A DNA stretch of 64,000 nucleotides from NCBI GenBank assembly GCA_000697455.1, contig JNET01029301.1:1-64000 (forward strand), written 5' to 3'. This DNA is from Basidiobolus heterosporus B8920. Lineage: Eukaryota. How positions within the stretch are numbered: position 1 is the stretch's first letter; each line of letters starts with the position of its first letter. The position numbers were made by a program, and so were the translations under genes. The notes beneath the pieces are model-generated. The model was given only the letters and a program-made list of their open reading frames with translations, ran no database searches and had not been told where the DNA came from. This document shows positions 62,293-64,000 of the stretch, piece after piece.

Positions 62293-64000
62293 TTACTCAC
62301 GACCAATATCTCTACCAAAGATCTTTTGTTTGCACCAATCAGCAGCCACCAAAGCCTTTTGACGAGCTGAGAACAATTTGGAAAGATACGCGCTTCTCCA
62401 AACCAGGAACGTAGCCAACCCACCAGAAGAAATATTGCCGTTCATGATAGGGAAATCGGCAACAGCTTTCTCAGCACCGATATAAGCTAAGGATCCATTG
62501 TGTGTATATTTGAAGGTCTTCAATTCTTCCTTGATCTCTGTAATGTCCTTTTGAGTGGCCTCCTGTTTGTCGGCAATCTCATTCAACAACTTGCCAAGAT
62601 AGGTACCTTGTTGATTGGCAACCTGCGCAAGAGGTGGGTACTTGGTGAAGGTACAATCACCAAGAGCAAAGATGTCCTTGGCACCTAGCAGCATCAGATG
62701 ATCGTCGACCAAGAGACCGCGTCTGCCAGTTTGTACTTCAGGTAATTTCTCCATCAATCCCTTAACAATAGGGCGAGCGGTGTTACCAGTGGCCCAAACC
62801 AAAAGTCCGTAAGGAATGGTTTCGCGTGTTTTGTCAGACTTTTCAACAACGAGGCTCTTCTCGTTGACTTCCTTGACAGCGGTCTTAGTAAGCACCTTGA
62901 TTTCATTTTCAGAGAAGGTGGATTCAGTGTATTCAATCAACTGCTTAGAGAAAGAAGGCAAGACGTTGGGCATAGCTTCGATCAAAGTGATCTTGATTCT
63001 TCCAGCAATATCAGGGTACCAAACAGCAAGATCGTCGGTCAAGAAATCGTGTAACTCGGCTGCATACTCGACACCAGTAGGTCCACCGCCCACAACAACC
63101 ATATGCAACAACCGGTTCTTCTCATCCTCAGGCTGATCACCAAATGCGGCGGTCTCGATACCTATACAATCATAAATCATGTTAATGCCAACTCTTGTTG
63201 AGCAACGCGATGTTATAAACAATACGAACAATCCATCAATCTAGTTCTGATCTTCTTGGCATCCCAGATTTCCTTCAAGAAGCATCCATATTCACGAACA
63301 CCTGGAATACCGAATGTTTGATTTTCGGCACCGACACCAACCACAAGGTAATCGTACTTCAAGGTAGTGTTGCTGACAGCACCCTTGATCTCCGAGTTAT
63401 CTATATGAATCACGTCAGTAGGTAGACCAGCAATGTGGCGACTCACGTGACTACATACCGCTCACAGTGATGGTTTTGTTGACTGGATCAATGTCTGTAC
63501 AGTCTCCTTCGAAAAGATGAACTTCTCTCTTCTTGTGACGGGTAATATATCTAATTGGCTCCATAATAGAACGGTTTTCAATGGTGCCGACAGTACAACT
63601 GGGCAACAATGGGGTAAAAAGGAAATAGTTTCTTGGTGAAACAACGACCTAGAATGAGGGGTAAGCAAAAAATAGAGTGGCTAGAGGTCTCCAAAAAAAT
63701 GAATACGAACCACGTTGAACTTATCGGTATCGAGCTCTCTCAAAATAGAGGTAGAGCCCCAGCCAGTACCCAAAATAACTAAGGTCTTTTTTGAAGGATC
63801 GAACTCGGCCTGAGCAGGTGGGTGACGTTGTGAATAGGCAACTATTTTAAAAAACTGATTAGACAGTACCACGATAAGTCCATTCTGAGCATGTACTCAC
63901 TGTAACCGACGACACCAGCTGCACCAACTGACAAACCGAGAGCACCGCGAGCCACATACCTCCAAGTTGATTTCTTTGCAGGTTGGGCGGCTGCAGAGAC
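62293..64000 (-). CDS. NDE1: Type II (external alternative) NADH dehydrogenase; 5' end lies beyond the window
   Basis: [71 protein letters not shown]. Confidence 0.95.

Overview
Eukaryotic nuclear DNA from an intron-rich, early-diverging (non-Dikarya) fungus. Many short ~45-100 nt introns, minor-spliceosome introns and animal-like genes (ABCD4, DAP, CDK5-type kinase) point to Zoopagomycota or Mucoromycota, e.g. Basidiobolus-like; this assignment is inference. The first ~3.4 kb is accessory: hairpin repeats, a CpG-free relic of a probable non-LTR retrotransposon, a tRNA-Leu(CAG) gene and an intronless bacterial-type MBL-fold hydrolase (likely HGT). The rest is a dense run of ~32 mostly housekeeping genes: EGD2, RPS31, DAP, DnaJ, NMA1, COQ2, RRP17, a 2-hydroxyacid dehydrogenase, RIX1, VPS9, SPP2, ARH1, Hook, PDX1/E3BP, RPL23, ABCD4, UreF, PABPN1, APS3, GIS2/CNBP, a TALE homeobox, MRPL4, ISY1, HTS1, FZO1, TAF14, RPL17, CDK5/PHO85, a Kre9-like GPI protein, an NDUFA4-like protein and NDE1 (partial). 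Highlights: (1) three U12-type introns, AT-AC in VPS9 and CDK5 and GT-AG in Hook, two of them in genes of one early-endosome pathway; (2) a fungal homolog of the ribosome-dormancy factor DAP1, divergent from RPS31; (3) the HGT hydrolase next to methylation-scarred TE DNA; (4) a perfect TALE dimer site upstream of the TALE gene. Gene models were spliced by eye; no database searches were run.
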